From an uncultured Candidatus Saccharibacteria bacterium (GTDB lineage: Bacteria > Patescibacteriota > Minisyncoccia > Minisyncoccales > CAZKCU01): a stretch of 64,000 nt of DNA. The stretch is from NCBI GenBank assembly GCA_964431915.1, contig CAYSLI010000001.1, forward strand, positions 191,824 to 255,823, in the 5' to 3' direction. Positions 9,207-21,407 of this stretch are shown one piece after another. Position numbers and translations under genes: made by a program. The notes under the pieces were generated by a model. It had not been told where the DNA came from. It made no database searches and saw only the letters and a program-made list of their open reading frames with translations. The first letter of the stretch is position 1. Each line of letters begins with the position of its first letter.

Positions 9207-11222
9207 ATGACCAAATATGAGGCTAAAAAGAGAATTGAAAAATTAAAAAAGGTGATTAACCATCACCGTTATTTATATCATGCTCATGATCTTCAAGAGA
9301 TTTCTGATTCTGCTCTCGATTCTTTGAAAAAAGAACTTTTTGATTTAGAAAAATTATTTCCCGCGCTTCTTACTTCTGATTCTCCGACCCAAAGAATAGG
9401 AGGCAAACCCTTAGAAAAATTTGAGAAAGTTAGACACCCTGAGCCGATGTTTTCTTTTAATGATGCTTTTTCAGAAGATGATATGAAAGATTGGCTGGAG
9501 AGAGTTTCAAAGCTTTTAACGACTGAAGAAAAATCAGAGATAGATTTTTTCTGCGAGCTTAAAATTGATGGTTTAGCTATTGAACTGATTTATGAGCAGG
9601 GGATTTTTAAAACCGGTTCCACCAGGGGTGATGGAATAATTGGCGAAGATGTTACTCAAAATTTGAAAACAATTGAAGCCGTACCGCTTAAATTAGAAAT
9701 TAAAAATCTGAAAAAAGAAATTCCCTCACGACTTGTCGTGAGGGGAGAAGTATTTATTCCTAAAGGAGAATTTGAAAAAATTAATCAAGAGCAGGTCAAG
9801 AAGAACCTATCTTCTTATGCCAATCCAAGAAATGTGGCCGCCGGCTCTATCAGGCAGCTTGACCCAAAAGTAACAGCTTTTCGAGGACTCGACTCTTTTG
9901 CCTATGATTTAGTTACTGAGCTTGGTCAAAAAACTCATCAAGAAAAACACCAGATCTTAAAAGCCTTAGGTTTTAAAACTAATCCCCACAATAAATATTG
10001 CAAAAATTTGAAAGAAGTTTTTGATTTTCATAAAGCAAGCAAAAAACTAAGAGAAAAGCTCTCCTATGAAATTGATGGGATTGTGGTTATTATTAATCCA
10101 AATGAAATTTTTGAGAAATTGGGGGTAGTGGGAAAGGCGCCCCGGGGAGCTATAGCTTACAAATTTCCTTTAAAACAAGCCACCACTATTATTAAAGATA
10201 TTGTTGTCCAGGTAGGAAGAACCGGAGCTTTAACCCCGGTAGCAATTTTGAAACCTGTGAAGGTTGGCGGAGTAACAATTTCCAGAGCCACTCTTCATAA
10301 CGAAGAAGAAATAAAAAGGTTGGGAGTAAAAATTGGCGATACGGTTATTGTCGGCAGGGCAGGGGATGTTATCCCTGATATTGTCAAAGTTTTACCAGAA
10401 CTAAGAACCGGGAAAGAAAAGGTTTTCAGAATGCCAAAAAAATGCCCGTCCTGCAGAACAAGGATTATTAAACCCGAGGGAGAAGTTGTTTGGCGTTGCC
10501 CGAACCCAAAATGTTCAGCTCAGCTGAGAGAATATTTTTGCCATTTTATTTCAAAAGGAGCTTTTGATATTTCAGGCCTTGGTCCTAAAATTGTTGATAG
10601 AATGATTGATGAAGGTCTAATTTCTGACCCATCCGATTTATTTGCGCTTGAGGAAGGAGATTTATTGCCTCTTGAAAGGTTTGCTGAAAAATCGGTTAAA
10701 AATTTAATTAAGGCGATTCAGTCTCGAAAAAAAATTCAATTATCAAAATTTATCTACGCTCTGGGAATTAGAAATGTTGGAGAAGAAACTAGTATGGATT
10801 TGGCAGACTATTTTGGCTCTTTAGAAAAATTAAAAAAGGCAAACCTCAAAGATCTTGAAAAAGTTATGGATATTGGCCCAGTAGTGGCTAAAAGTATTTA
10901 TGATTGGTTTTCCCAAAAAAGTAATTCCGAATTTTTGGAAAAACTAAAAAAAGTTGGAATAAAAATAGAAAATCCAAAAATTAAAACTAAAGATTTAAAG
11001 TTTAAAGGAAAAGTGTTTGTGCTTACAGGTAGTTTGGAAGCCATAACTAGAGAGGGAGCAAAAGAAAAAATCAGATTACTTGGCGGAGAAATTTCTGAAT
11101 CAGTTTCAAAAAGAACTGATTTCGTTGTTGCTGGCAAAGAACCCGGCTCAAAATTTGAGAAAGCGAAAAAACTTGGCATAAAAATAATAAGGGAAAAAGA
11201 ATTCCTAAAGTTAATCCGCTAA
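9207..11222 (+). CDS. ligA: NAD-dependent DNA ligase
   Basis: ELKIDG adenylation motif, TRGDG, Zn finger, HhH repeats, C-terminal BRCT. Confidence 0.97.
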   Translation: MTKYEAKKRIEKLKKVINHHRYLYHAHDLQEISDSALDSLKKELFDLEKLFPALLTSDSPTQRIGGKPLEKFEKVRHPEPMFSFNDAFSEDDMKDWLERVSKLLTTEEKSEIDFFCELKIDGLAIELIYEQGIFKTGSTRGDGIIGEDVTQNLKTIEAVPLKLEIKNLKKEIPSRLVVRGEVFIPKGEFEKINQEQVKKNLSSYANPRNVAAGSIRQLDPKVTAFRGLDSFAYDLVTELGQKTHQEKHQILKALGFKTNPHNKYCKNLKEVFDFHKASKKLREKLSYEIDGIVVIINPNEIFEKLGVVGKAPRGAIAYKFPLKQATTIIKDIVVQVGRTGALTPVAILKPVKVGGVTISRATLHNEEEIKRLGVKIGDTVIVGRAGDVIPDIVKVLPELRTGKEKVFRMPKKCPSCRTRIIKPEGEVVWRCPNPKCSAQLREYFCHFISKGAFDISGLGPKIVDRMIDEGLISDPSDLFALEEGDLLPLERFAEKSVKNLIKAIQSRKKIQLSKFIYALGIRNVGEETSMDLADYFGSLEKLKKANLKDLEKVMDIGPVVAKSIYDWFSQKSNSEFLEKLKKVGIKIENPKIKTKDLKFKGKVFVLTGSLEAITREGAKEKIRLLGGEISESVSKRTDFVVAGKEPGSKFEKAKKLGIKIIREKEFLKLIR

Positions 11223-11238
11223 TTAAAGTTTAAGTTAA

Positions 11239-12327
11239 ATGCGAATGTTCAGGCATTTTAAAAAATTAGACTGGATTTTAATTACTTCCACAGTATTATT
11301 GGTAGGGATTGGTCTTTTATCCCTCTATAGCAGTTCCCTTGGCGGGGGGGATTTTCTGAATTTTAAAAAGCAGATTATTTTTTTTGGAGGAGGATTTTTT
11401 TTAATGCTCGGCCTGAGTTTTCTTGATTGGAGAGCTTTAAGAGAAGACCCTTACCTAATTTTAATTCTCTATTTTGTCTGTTTGGTTTCCCTAACTGGCT
11501 TATATTTTTTCGCTCCAGAAATTAGAGGAACAAGGTCCTGGTACAAAGTTGGTCCGATTTCGATTGACCCAATAGAGTTTACTAAAATTGTTTTAATAAT
11601 TTTATTAGCCAAATATTTTTCAGGGAAACATATTGAGATGTATCGGATAAGACATATTTTTCTTTCTGGATTCTATGTTTTAATACCAGCTCTTTTAATT
11701 TTTTTTCAACCAGACCTGGGCTCAATTTTAATCTTAATTGCCTTATGGATAGGAATTTTACTTATATCTGGAATAAAAATCCGCCATTTTTTAATCCTTT
11801 GCCTCTGTGGTGTCTTAGTTCTAATTTTAGGTTGGTCAACTGTTTTAAAAGATTATCAAAAAGAAAGAATTATAAATTTTATTATGCCCCAAATTGAACC
11901 CTTAGGAGGAGCCTGGTCGCAGACTCAAGCAAAAATTGCCATAGGTTCTGGTGGAATTTTTGGTCAGGGCTTAGGACAGGGTTCTCAGACTCAATACGGT
12001 TTTTTACCAGAACCCCAGACCGATTTTACTTTTGCAGCTATTGCTGAAGAATTTGGTCTGGTTGGGGTGGGAATTTTATTCTTTTTATTTTTTCTTTTAA
12101 TCTGGAGGATAATAAAAATTACCCTATCGGCAACTAGTAATTTTCCTCGACTTTTTGGCACAGGCCTTGCTATTATTTTAATCTCTCAAGTTTTTATCAA
12201 TATCGGCATGAACCTTGGAATTTTACCGATAATAGGAATCCCCTTGCCTTTTGTAAGCTATGGAGGTTCTTCTTTAATTATGACTTTTGTTGGTTTGGGT
12301 ATATTACAGAGCATTAAGAGCCATTAG
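11239..12327 (+). CDS. rodA: SEDS peptidoglycan polymerase RodA
   Basis: Polytopic membrane protein; QPDLG, IAIGSGG, FLPEPQTDF, PFVSYGGSS. Confidence 0.9.
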   Translation: MRMFRHFKKLDWILITSTVLLVGIGLLSLYSSSLGGGDFLNFKKQIIFFGGGFFLMLGLSFLDWRALREDPYLILILYFVCLVSLTGLYFFAPEIRGTRSWYKVGPISIDPIEFTKIVLIILLAKYFSGKHIEMYRIRHIFLSGFYVLIPALLIFFQPDLGSILILIALWIGILLISGIKIRHFLILCLCGVLVLILGWSTVLKDYQKERIINFIMPQIEPLGGAWSQTQAKIAIGSGGIFGQGLGQGSQTQYGFLPEPQTDFTFAAIAEEFGLVGVGILFFLFFLLIWRIIKITLSATSNFPRLFGTGLAIILISQVFINIGMNLGILPIIGIPLPFVSYGGSSLIMTFVGLGILQSIKSH

Positions 12328-12331
12328 TAGT

Positions 12332-12360
12332 TTGACAGCTTGTTTATGTGGCGTTAAAAT
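12332..12360 (+). promoter_or_regulatory. Sigma70 promoter of the histidine kinase
   Basis: TTGACA-17 nt-TAAAAT. Confidence 0.65.
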
Positions 12361-12429
12361 TAAAGAATGCTTTCTCAGCCTCCGATTCAAAAAACTCCAC
12401 CTGAAACTCAATAATAACAAAAAAGCAAT

Positions 12430-13530
12430 ATGATAAATCAAAAAGATGTTGGAGAGAGCGAAGAAGATAATTCTTTTTCTTCCCATTTCGCTGACGCTCG
12501 GGAAGAAAAAGAAAAAATTCTAACTATTATTGATAATTTGGCCGATGGGCTGATGGTCTTTGACAAAGAAGGAAAACTTTCATTAATTAATCCTGTGGCC
12601 AAAAAAATTTTTGGGATTGAAAAAGAGATTTTGGGTAAATCAATTGTTGAATTTTTAAATTTCCCCAATCTTAAAAATTTATTTTATCTTTTAGGAAAAG
12701 AAATCAAAGAAGTTTTTAGAAAGGAATTGGAAATTAGAAAAAATTTAATTTTAGAAATAACCTCTCTTCCAATTTTGAAAGAAGGAAAAAAACTTGGCAG
12801 CCTGATTATTCTCCACGATATTACCAGAGAAAAAACAATTGAAAGGATGAAGACTGAATTTGTTTCTATTTCTGCTCATCAGTTGAGGACGCCGCTTTCA
12901 GAAATTAAATGGACGTTGGAAACGTTATCAAAAGAAAAATTAGGGAAATTAACAGAAGGGCAAAAGGAAATACTTAAAAAGGCTTATGGTTCTAATAAAA
13001 GGATGCTTGCTCTTATTGATGACCTTTTAGATGTAGTCAGGATAGAAGAAGGCAGGCGTCTTTATAAATTAACTCTTTCTAGCTTTGAAGAAGTTGTTCA
13101 ATCGGTTATAGAATCTTATCAGGAGAAAATTAGAAAGAAGCAAATTAAATTTGAATTTCGGGTTCCAAGTAAGAAATTGCCAAAAATTGAAATTGATACT
13201 GGAAAGATATCTTTGGCAATTCAGAATCTTTTAGATAATGCCATTAGATATAATTTACCGGGAGGCATGATAACTATTACTTTAAATTCTACAGAAAAAG
13301 AAATAGAATTTTCAATTGAGGATACCGGAATCGGAATTCCCGAAGACCAGCAGCAAAATGTTTTTAAAAAATTTTTTAGAGGATCAAATGCTGTTAAAAT
13401 GGAAACTGAAGGAAACGGTCTCGGTCTTTTCATTGTAAAAAATATCATTGAAGCTCATAACGGAAAAATTTGGTTTCAATCAAAGGAAAAGAAAGGTACA
13501 ACCTTTTATTTTAATCTGCCTTTAAAATAA
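12430..13530 (+). CDS. Soluble PAS-domain sensor histidine kinase
   Basis: PAS domain, H-box SAHQLRTPL, N-box NLLDNAIRY, DTGIGI, GNGLGL; no TM segment. Confidence 0.92.
   Translation: MINQKDVGESEEDNSFSSHFADAREEKEKILTIIDNLADGLMVFDKEGKLSLINPVAKKIFGIEKEILGKSIVEFLNFPNLKNLFYLLGKEIKEVFRKELEIRKNLILEITSLPILKEGKKLGSLIILHDITREKTIERMKTEFVSISAHQLRTPLSEIKWTLETLSKEKLGKLTEGQKEILKKAYGSNKRMLALIDDLLDVVRIEEGRRLYKLTLSSFEEVVQSVIESYQEKIRKKQIKFEFRVPSKKLPKIEIDTGKISLAIQNLLDNAIRYNLPGGMITITLNSTEKEIEFSIEDTGIGIPEDQQQNVFKKFFRGSNAVKMETEGNGLGLFIVKNIIEAHNGKIWFQSKEKKGTTFYFNLPLK
12456..12504 (-). mobile_element. Palindromic mini-element (family P1) in frame in the kinase N-terminus
   Basis: Reverse complement TTCCCGAGCGTCAGCGAAATGGGAAGAAAAAGAATTATCTTCTTCGCTC matches the copies at 20968 and 41151. 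Confidence 0.7.
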
Positions 13531-13538
13531 ATATGAGA

Positions 13539-13682
13539 AAAATTTTAATGGTAAGGATCTTGAACGTAGTAAAAGATCCTTTTGACCAAAATTTATCATG
13601 AAAAAGAAAATTTTAATGGCAAGGATCTTGAACATAGTAAAAGATCCTTTTGACCAAAATTTATCATGAAAAAGAAAATTTT
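13539..13682 (+). repeat. 68-bp tandem duplication containing a 9-bp stem-loop
   Basis: Period 68 (AAGGATCT at 13553 and 13621; ATG at 13598 and 13666); stem AAGGATCTT/AAGATCCTT. Confidence 0.9.
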
Positions 13683-14034
13683 GGTAATTGAAGATGAGAA
13701 AACTTTAAGATTCCTTATCGTTCAGACCTTAGTTCAAGAAGGTTTTGAGGTTGAAGAGGCAATTGACGGAGAAGAAGGAATTCAAAAACTAAAAAAGAAT
13801 AAACCGGATTTAATTTTATTAGATTTGCTTTTGCCGAGCATCAACGGCTTTGAGGTCTTATCAAAAATAAAAAGAGATTCTAATTTAGAATCAATTCCAG
13901 TAATTATTCTTTCTAACCTTGGACAAGAAGAGGAAATTAAAAAAGGGTTGAATTTAGGGGCAATTGATTATTTAATTAAGGCTCATTTCACCCTTGATCA
14001 GGTTGTTTCCAGAATAAAAAAGGTTTTAAAGTAA
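13666..14034 (+). CDS. Single-domain response regulator (CheY-like receiver)
   Basis: ILVIEDE, PDLILLDLLLP..NG, PVIILSN, GAIDYLIK. Confidence 0.93.
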   Translation: MKKKILVIEDEKTLRFLIVQTLVQEGFEVEEAIDGEEGIQKLKKNKPDLILLDLLLPSINGFEVLSKIKRDSNLESIPVIILSNLGQEEEIKKGLNLGAIDYLIKAHFTLDQVVSRIKKVLK

Positions 14035-14036
14035 TT

Positions 14037-14306
14037 CTATAATCCTAAAAAAACGTTAACTTTGTTTTTGGTAACTTCCAGTACTCCTCGTTTAAATTGG
14101 TAAGTGGCTTTTTTTTTGTCCGGAGTAAGGATTGAAAGGTTGTTAAAAATAAGGCTAATAAAGTTGGCATGTTTGGGTAAAATATCAAATTTACCCAATT
14201 TATTTTGAGACGAAACTACTTCTGCCTTTCCCTGATAAAAAACTTCTTTAACAATTGGCAACCAGAATACATTTACTTCTAAAAATTCTTTTTTTTTAGA
14301 ATTCAT
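14037..14306 (-). CDS. atpC: F1 epsilon-like subunit, beta-sandwich only
   Basis: GKFDILPKHANFIS and GVLEV motifs; C-terminal helices absent. Confidence 0.75.
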   Translation of the reverse strand: MNSKKKEFLEVNVFWLPIVKEVFYQGKAEVVSSQNKLGKFDILPKHANFISLIFNNLSILTPDKKKATYQFKRGVLEVTKNKVNVFLGL

Positions 14307-14319
14307 AGATTAATTTCCT

Positions 14320-16520
<2,201 letters not shown>

Positions 16521-16521
16521 G

Positions 16522-17991
16522 TTACTTTGAAATTGTTTTTTCAATTTCTAACATTATTTCTTTCGTCAAAAATTGAAGATGGTCAAAATCTTTTATTTCT
16601 TCAATTTCTTCTTTGAATTCTGGTAAAACTCCCTTTCGGTAATCTTCCAACAGTTTATCAATTTCTATTTTCATCTCTCTTAAAGATTTATCTTTCCAAA
16701 AGCCAGACAATAAAAGTCCGATCAAAAGCAATTGCAGTTTTCGGGGAATTGTTATCTCAACCTCTTGATTAAAAAGAGATTCTAATTTTTCACCAAATTC
16801 AATGTTTTTTTGAATTTCTGTTGGTAATTCAGCGCCAAATTGGGTAATTTCTAACAATCTTTGATATTCAACCAATTTCTTTCTGACCCAGCCGGACAGT
16901 TCTCTTTCCATGGGAGTTTTTGTTTGATTTCCCACTCTTGAAACCGAAAGAAAAGCATTTATTGCCGGTCTTTTTCCTTTTCTAAACTCATTGATATCAA
17001 AAAAAATATGACCATCGGTCATTGCCATTAGATTAGTTTGGATATAACCAGAAAGGTCATTTTCTAAAGTTTCAGCCACTGGCAGAGCGGTAATACTTAC
17101 TTCTTTATATTCTTTGCTTTTAATATTTCCGGCCCTTTCCAATAGAGCGGCCTGAATATGAAAGATTTCTCCGGGGTAAGAATCTCTTCCCGGTACTCTC
17201 TTTAATAAAAGCGATATTTCTCTATAAATTTTGGCATGAGTGGTTAGGTCATCTAAAACAATTATTACCTTTTTTCCTTTATCTCGAAAATATTCGGCAA
17301 TACTCATCCCGCTATAAGGAGCTAAATAAGTTAGGGTAGGGGAATCATCAGGCGTAGTATGGATTATTATTGTTTGGTCAAAGACTTTTTGGTGCTTTAA
17401 ATATTCCTCTACCCATTTAATGGCTGTATCCTTTTTTCCGATTCCCACATAAACACAAACTACTCCTTTTTTTGTCTGACTGACAATGGTTTGTAAAAGG
17501 AAAGCGGTTTTCCCTGTTTTACCATCGCCAATTATCAATTCTCTTTGACCATATCCAATTGGAACTAAAAGGTCAACGAGTGTCACTCCGCTCTCCAAAG
17601 GTGTATTCACTCTGACTCTTTTTATAAAAGAAGGGGCGTCTTTTTTGACTGGTTGATATTCTTTTTCTCCTCTAATTGGTCCTAGGCCATCGGTTGGTTG
17701 AGAAAGAGGATTAATTATTCTCCCTAGTAATTCTTGACCAATAGGTATTTCAAACGATTTCTCTGTCCTTACTACTGCCTCTCCAATTTTTAGCTCTTTA
17801 ATATCAATCATTAAAATCTCAGCTAATTTTTCTTTTAAACCATGGACAATTCCCCTTTTTCCAGTATTAGTGATTACCATTTCTTCTAGCTTTAAACCTG
17901 GTAGGCCGGAAACATAAGCTACTGAATGCGAAAGAGAAGTAACATAACCTATTTCTCTCGTTTTTTCTAAATAAGTTTCAAAATGACTCAT
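16522..17991 (-). CDS. atpA: F1-ATPase alpha subunit (divergent)
   Basis: PIGYGQRELIIGDGKTGKT, DDLT, PGRDSYPGEIF, LLERAG, SVSRVG. Confidence 0.93.
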   Translation of the reverse strand: MSHFETYLEKTREIGYVTSLSHSVAYVSGLPGLKLEEMVITNTGKRGIVHGLKEKLAEILMIDIKELKIGEAVVRTEKSFEIPIGQELLGRIINPLSQPTDGLGPIRGEKEYQPVKKDAPSFIKRVRVNTPLESGVTLVDLLVPIGYGQRELIIGDGKTGKTAFLLQTIVSQTKKGVVCVYVGIGKKDTAIKWVEEYLKHQKVFDQTIIIHTTPDDSPTLTYLAPYSGMSIAEYFRDKGKKVIIVLDDLTTHAKIYREISLLLKRVPGRDSYPGEIFHIQAALLERAGNIKSKEYKEVSITALPVAETLENDLSGYIQTNLMAMTDGHIFFDINEFRKGKRPAINAFLSVSRVGNQTKTPMERELSGWVRKKLVEYQRLLEITQFGAELPTEIQKNIEFGEKLESLFNQEVEITIPRKLQLLLIGLLLSGFWKDKSLREMKIEIDKLLEDYRKGVLPEFKEEIEEIKDFDHLQFLTKEIMLEIEKTISK

Positions 17992-18458
17992 AATTGTTTT
18001 TGAGAAAACAACTTATCTATCTCTTTGGCTAATGAAAGATTAATCTGTCTTCCTTGATATTCTATGAGTGCTCCGCCGACAATTTCTGGATTGAAATTAA
18101 AATCTAAAATCACCTTTTGGTTGATTTCTTTTTCCAGCCAAAGGGAAATTTTATTAATAAATTCTTTTTTTGGCTGGAAAGCAATTACTATTTTAATTTG
18201 AGGGAGATTTTGAAGATGTTTTTCAAAATTTTCAAAAAAAATCCGATTATCTTCAGGATTTTTTGAAATTATTTTCTTTTTTTCCAATTCTTCAAGTTCT
18301 TTTCTGAAATCTTCTTCTATATTTCCCTTAACCCTTTCCGATAGGGGAATATTTATATTTTTAAAAATTGACTCCTGAACTAAATTTATTTCTTCAAGGA
18401 GAAATAATAAATCTTCCTTAGTAACTATTTTTTTAGCAAAATCTCTAAATATCTCCAT
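17988..18458 (-). CDS. atpH: F1 delta/OSCP-like subunit
   Basis: C-terminal NPEIVGGALIEYQGRQINLSL motif; lies upstream of alpha. Confidence 0.7.
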   Translation of the reverse strand: MEIFRDFAKKIVTKEDLLFLLEEINLVQESIFKNINIPLSERVKGNIEEDFRKELEELEKKKIISKNPEDNRIFFENFEKHLQNLPQIKIVIAFQPKKEFINKISLWLEKEINQKVILDFNFNPEIVGGALIEYQGRQINLSLAKEIDKLFSQKQL

Positions 18459-18481
18459 TTTACATTATTTTCATCATCTCA

Positions 18482-19138
18482 TTATAAAATTTTTTCCTTT
18501 TTTGCTTTTTCTAAAGCTTGTAGAACTAATTCTTCGTGAGTAGAAAGATCAATTGCTTTTCCGATTGTTTTCTTTGCCACATCTTCTATTATTTGATAAA
18601 TTTTTTGGTCTATCTCTTTTAATTTTTCTTTTTTATAATCTTCAATATTCTTTTCGGTTTGGGCAATTTTTTGGTTTATGGATTTTGTAGCCGTCTGGTA
18701 AATTCGGCCGATTTTTTCATCCAGACCTTTGCTTAATTCATCCGTTCTTTTTTTTGCCCCTTGTAATATTGAATCTTCGGCCTGAGAGCAGGTATTGCTG
18801 AATTTTAAAATTTCGTTGTTGGTTATTTCATCCCAATTAGCTATCTTATTTTCTGCTTCTTGGGAAAAAACGGCTATTTGTTCTTTATAAGATTCTATTA
18901 CTTCATCGGCAATTTTTTGGCTGATTTCCGAAATAGTCTTCTCTGTTTCCTGGTTAATCATTTTTTCTAATTCTAATAAGAATCCTTCAGAGAATTTTAA
19001 AGATATAACGTCCTTTTCTTCTTTTTCTTTTTTGGACCTTTTCGCTAAATAATAAATATCTAAGCCAAATAAAATTACTGCCATTATTGCCAAAATGCCA
19101 AAGCCAAGCAAAATAATAAGGAAAATTTGAGTATTCAT
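18482..19138 (-). CDS. b-like peripheral stalk protein
   Basis: N-terminal TM helix, long coiled coil, C-terminal AKKTIGKAIDLSTHEELV resembling the subunit b tail. Confidence 0.6.
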   Translation of the reverse strand: MNTQIFLIILLGFGILAIMAVILFGLDIYYLAKRSKKEKEEKDVISLKFSEGFLLELEKMINQETEKTISEISQKIADEVIESYKEQIAVFSQEAENKIANWDEITNNEILKFSNTCSQAEDSILQGAKKRTDELSKGLDEKIGRIYQTATKSINQKIAQTEKNIEDYKKEKLKEIDQKIYQIIEDVAKKTIGKAIDLSTHEELVLQALEKAKKEKIL

Positions 19139-19139
19139 A

Positions 19140-19192
19140 TACCGAGCTTCCGAAGGAAGCGAGGGTGAAGATGAAGCTTTAGCTTCATCGCC

Positions 19193-19193
<1 letters not shown>
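19140..19193 (+). mobile_element. Palindromic mini-element (family P1), intergenic
   Basis: TACCGAGCTTCCGAAGGAAGCGAGGGTGAAGATGAAGCTTTAGCTTCATCGCC; two hairpins. Confidence 0.75.
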
Positions 19194-20771
<1,578 letters not shown>

Positions 20772-20967
20772 TGCCTAATTATAACATGTTTGGTTCAGTT
20801 TCCAAACTTTATCCCTTATTTTCAGAAATATTCTTTTTCCCGCGGCGGGAATTTAACCTAATCCGCCCAAATTTTACCAAGGGCAAAACTTACAGCGGAC
20901 AGGTAATGTCAAAATTCAAAACTATTTTGAGTTTGTGATTTAGTGCTTTGGACTTTAGATTTCTCGG

Positions 20968-21117
20968 TTACTCGAATCGCAATGAAGGGTGAAGAAGAGA
21001 TTTATCTCTTCGCCTACCCGAGTCGCAGCGAAGTCAAAGAGCGCTCCGCACTCTTTTCCACCTTCGTCCCGCAAACGAGACTCGGTGAGTGAAGAAGAAC
21101 GGATGTTCTTCGACTAT
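20968..21117. mobile_element. Cluster of three P1 palindromic elements (two tandem, one nested in inverse orientation)
   Basis: Copy at 20968-21017; copy at 21014-21116 interrupted by an inverted copy at 21033-21086. Confidence 0.75.
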
Positions 21118-21150
21118 ATTTATAGATGAAGTTTTCCACAATTGTAGCCC

Positions 21151-21179
21151 TTGACAAGGGTGTTTACTTCAAAGATAAT
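21151..21179 (+). promoter_or_regulatory. Sigma70 promoter of the DGR target gene
   Basis: TTGACA-17 nt-GATAAT; the -35 lies inside palindrome CCCTTG-A-CAAGGG. Confidence 0.7.
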
Positions 21180-21193
21180 GAAATAATCGATTT

Positions 21194-21212
21194 ATTTCCC
21201 GTCACGGGAAAT
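21194..21212. promoter_or_regulatory. Operator-like perfect inverted repeat
   Basis: ATTTCCCGT-C-ACGGGAAAT just downstream of the predicted start site. Confidence 0.5.
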
Positions 21213-21407
21213 GATTTCCTAAAGAAAAATAAGATAAAAAGATAAAAAAAGAAGACCCGTTTACTCTCTCAAATTTTTTCAAAATTTAAGAGAGCGATAA
21301 GCGCCAAAGATTAGGAAAAAATTAGTCGCTTTTTTGCTGAATACATAAAATATTTATGTGCTTCAGTATGGGTCTTCTGCGTTGAAGTTTACCAAACCTA
21401 AAAGATT

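Noticed and set aside
21132-21140. Replication origin at the DnaA-box-like site
   Set aside because: There is only a single imperfect box, with no cluster and no dnaA or dnaN nearby.
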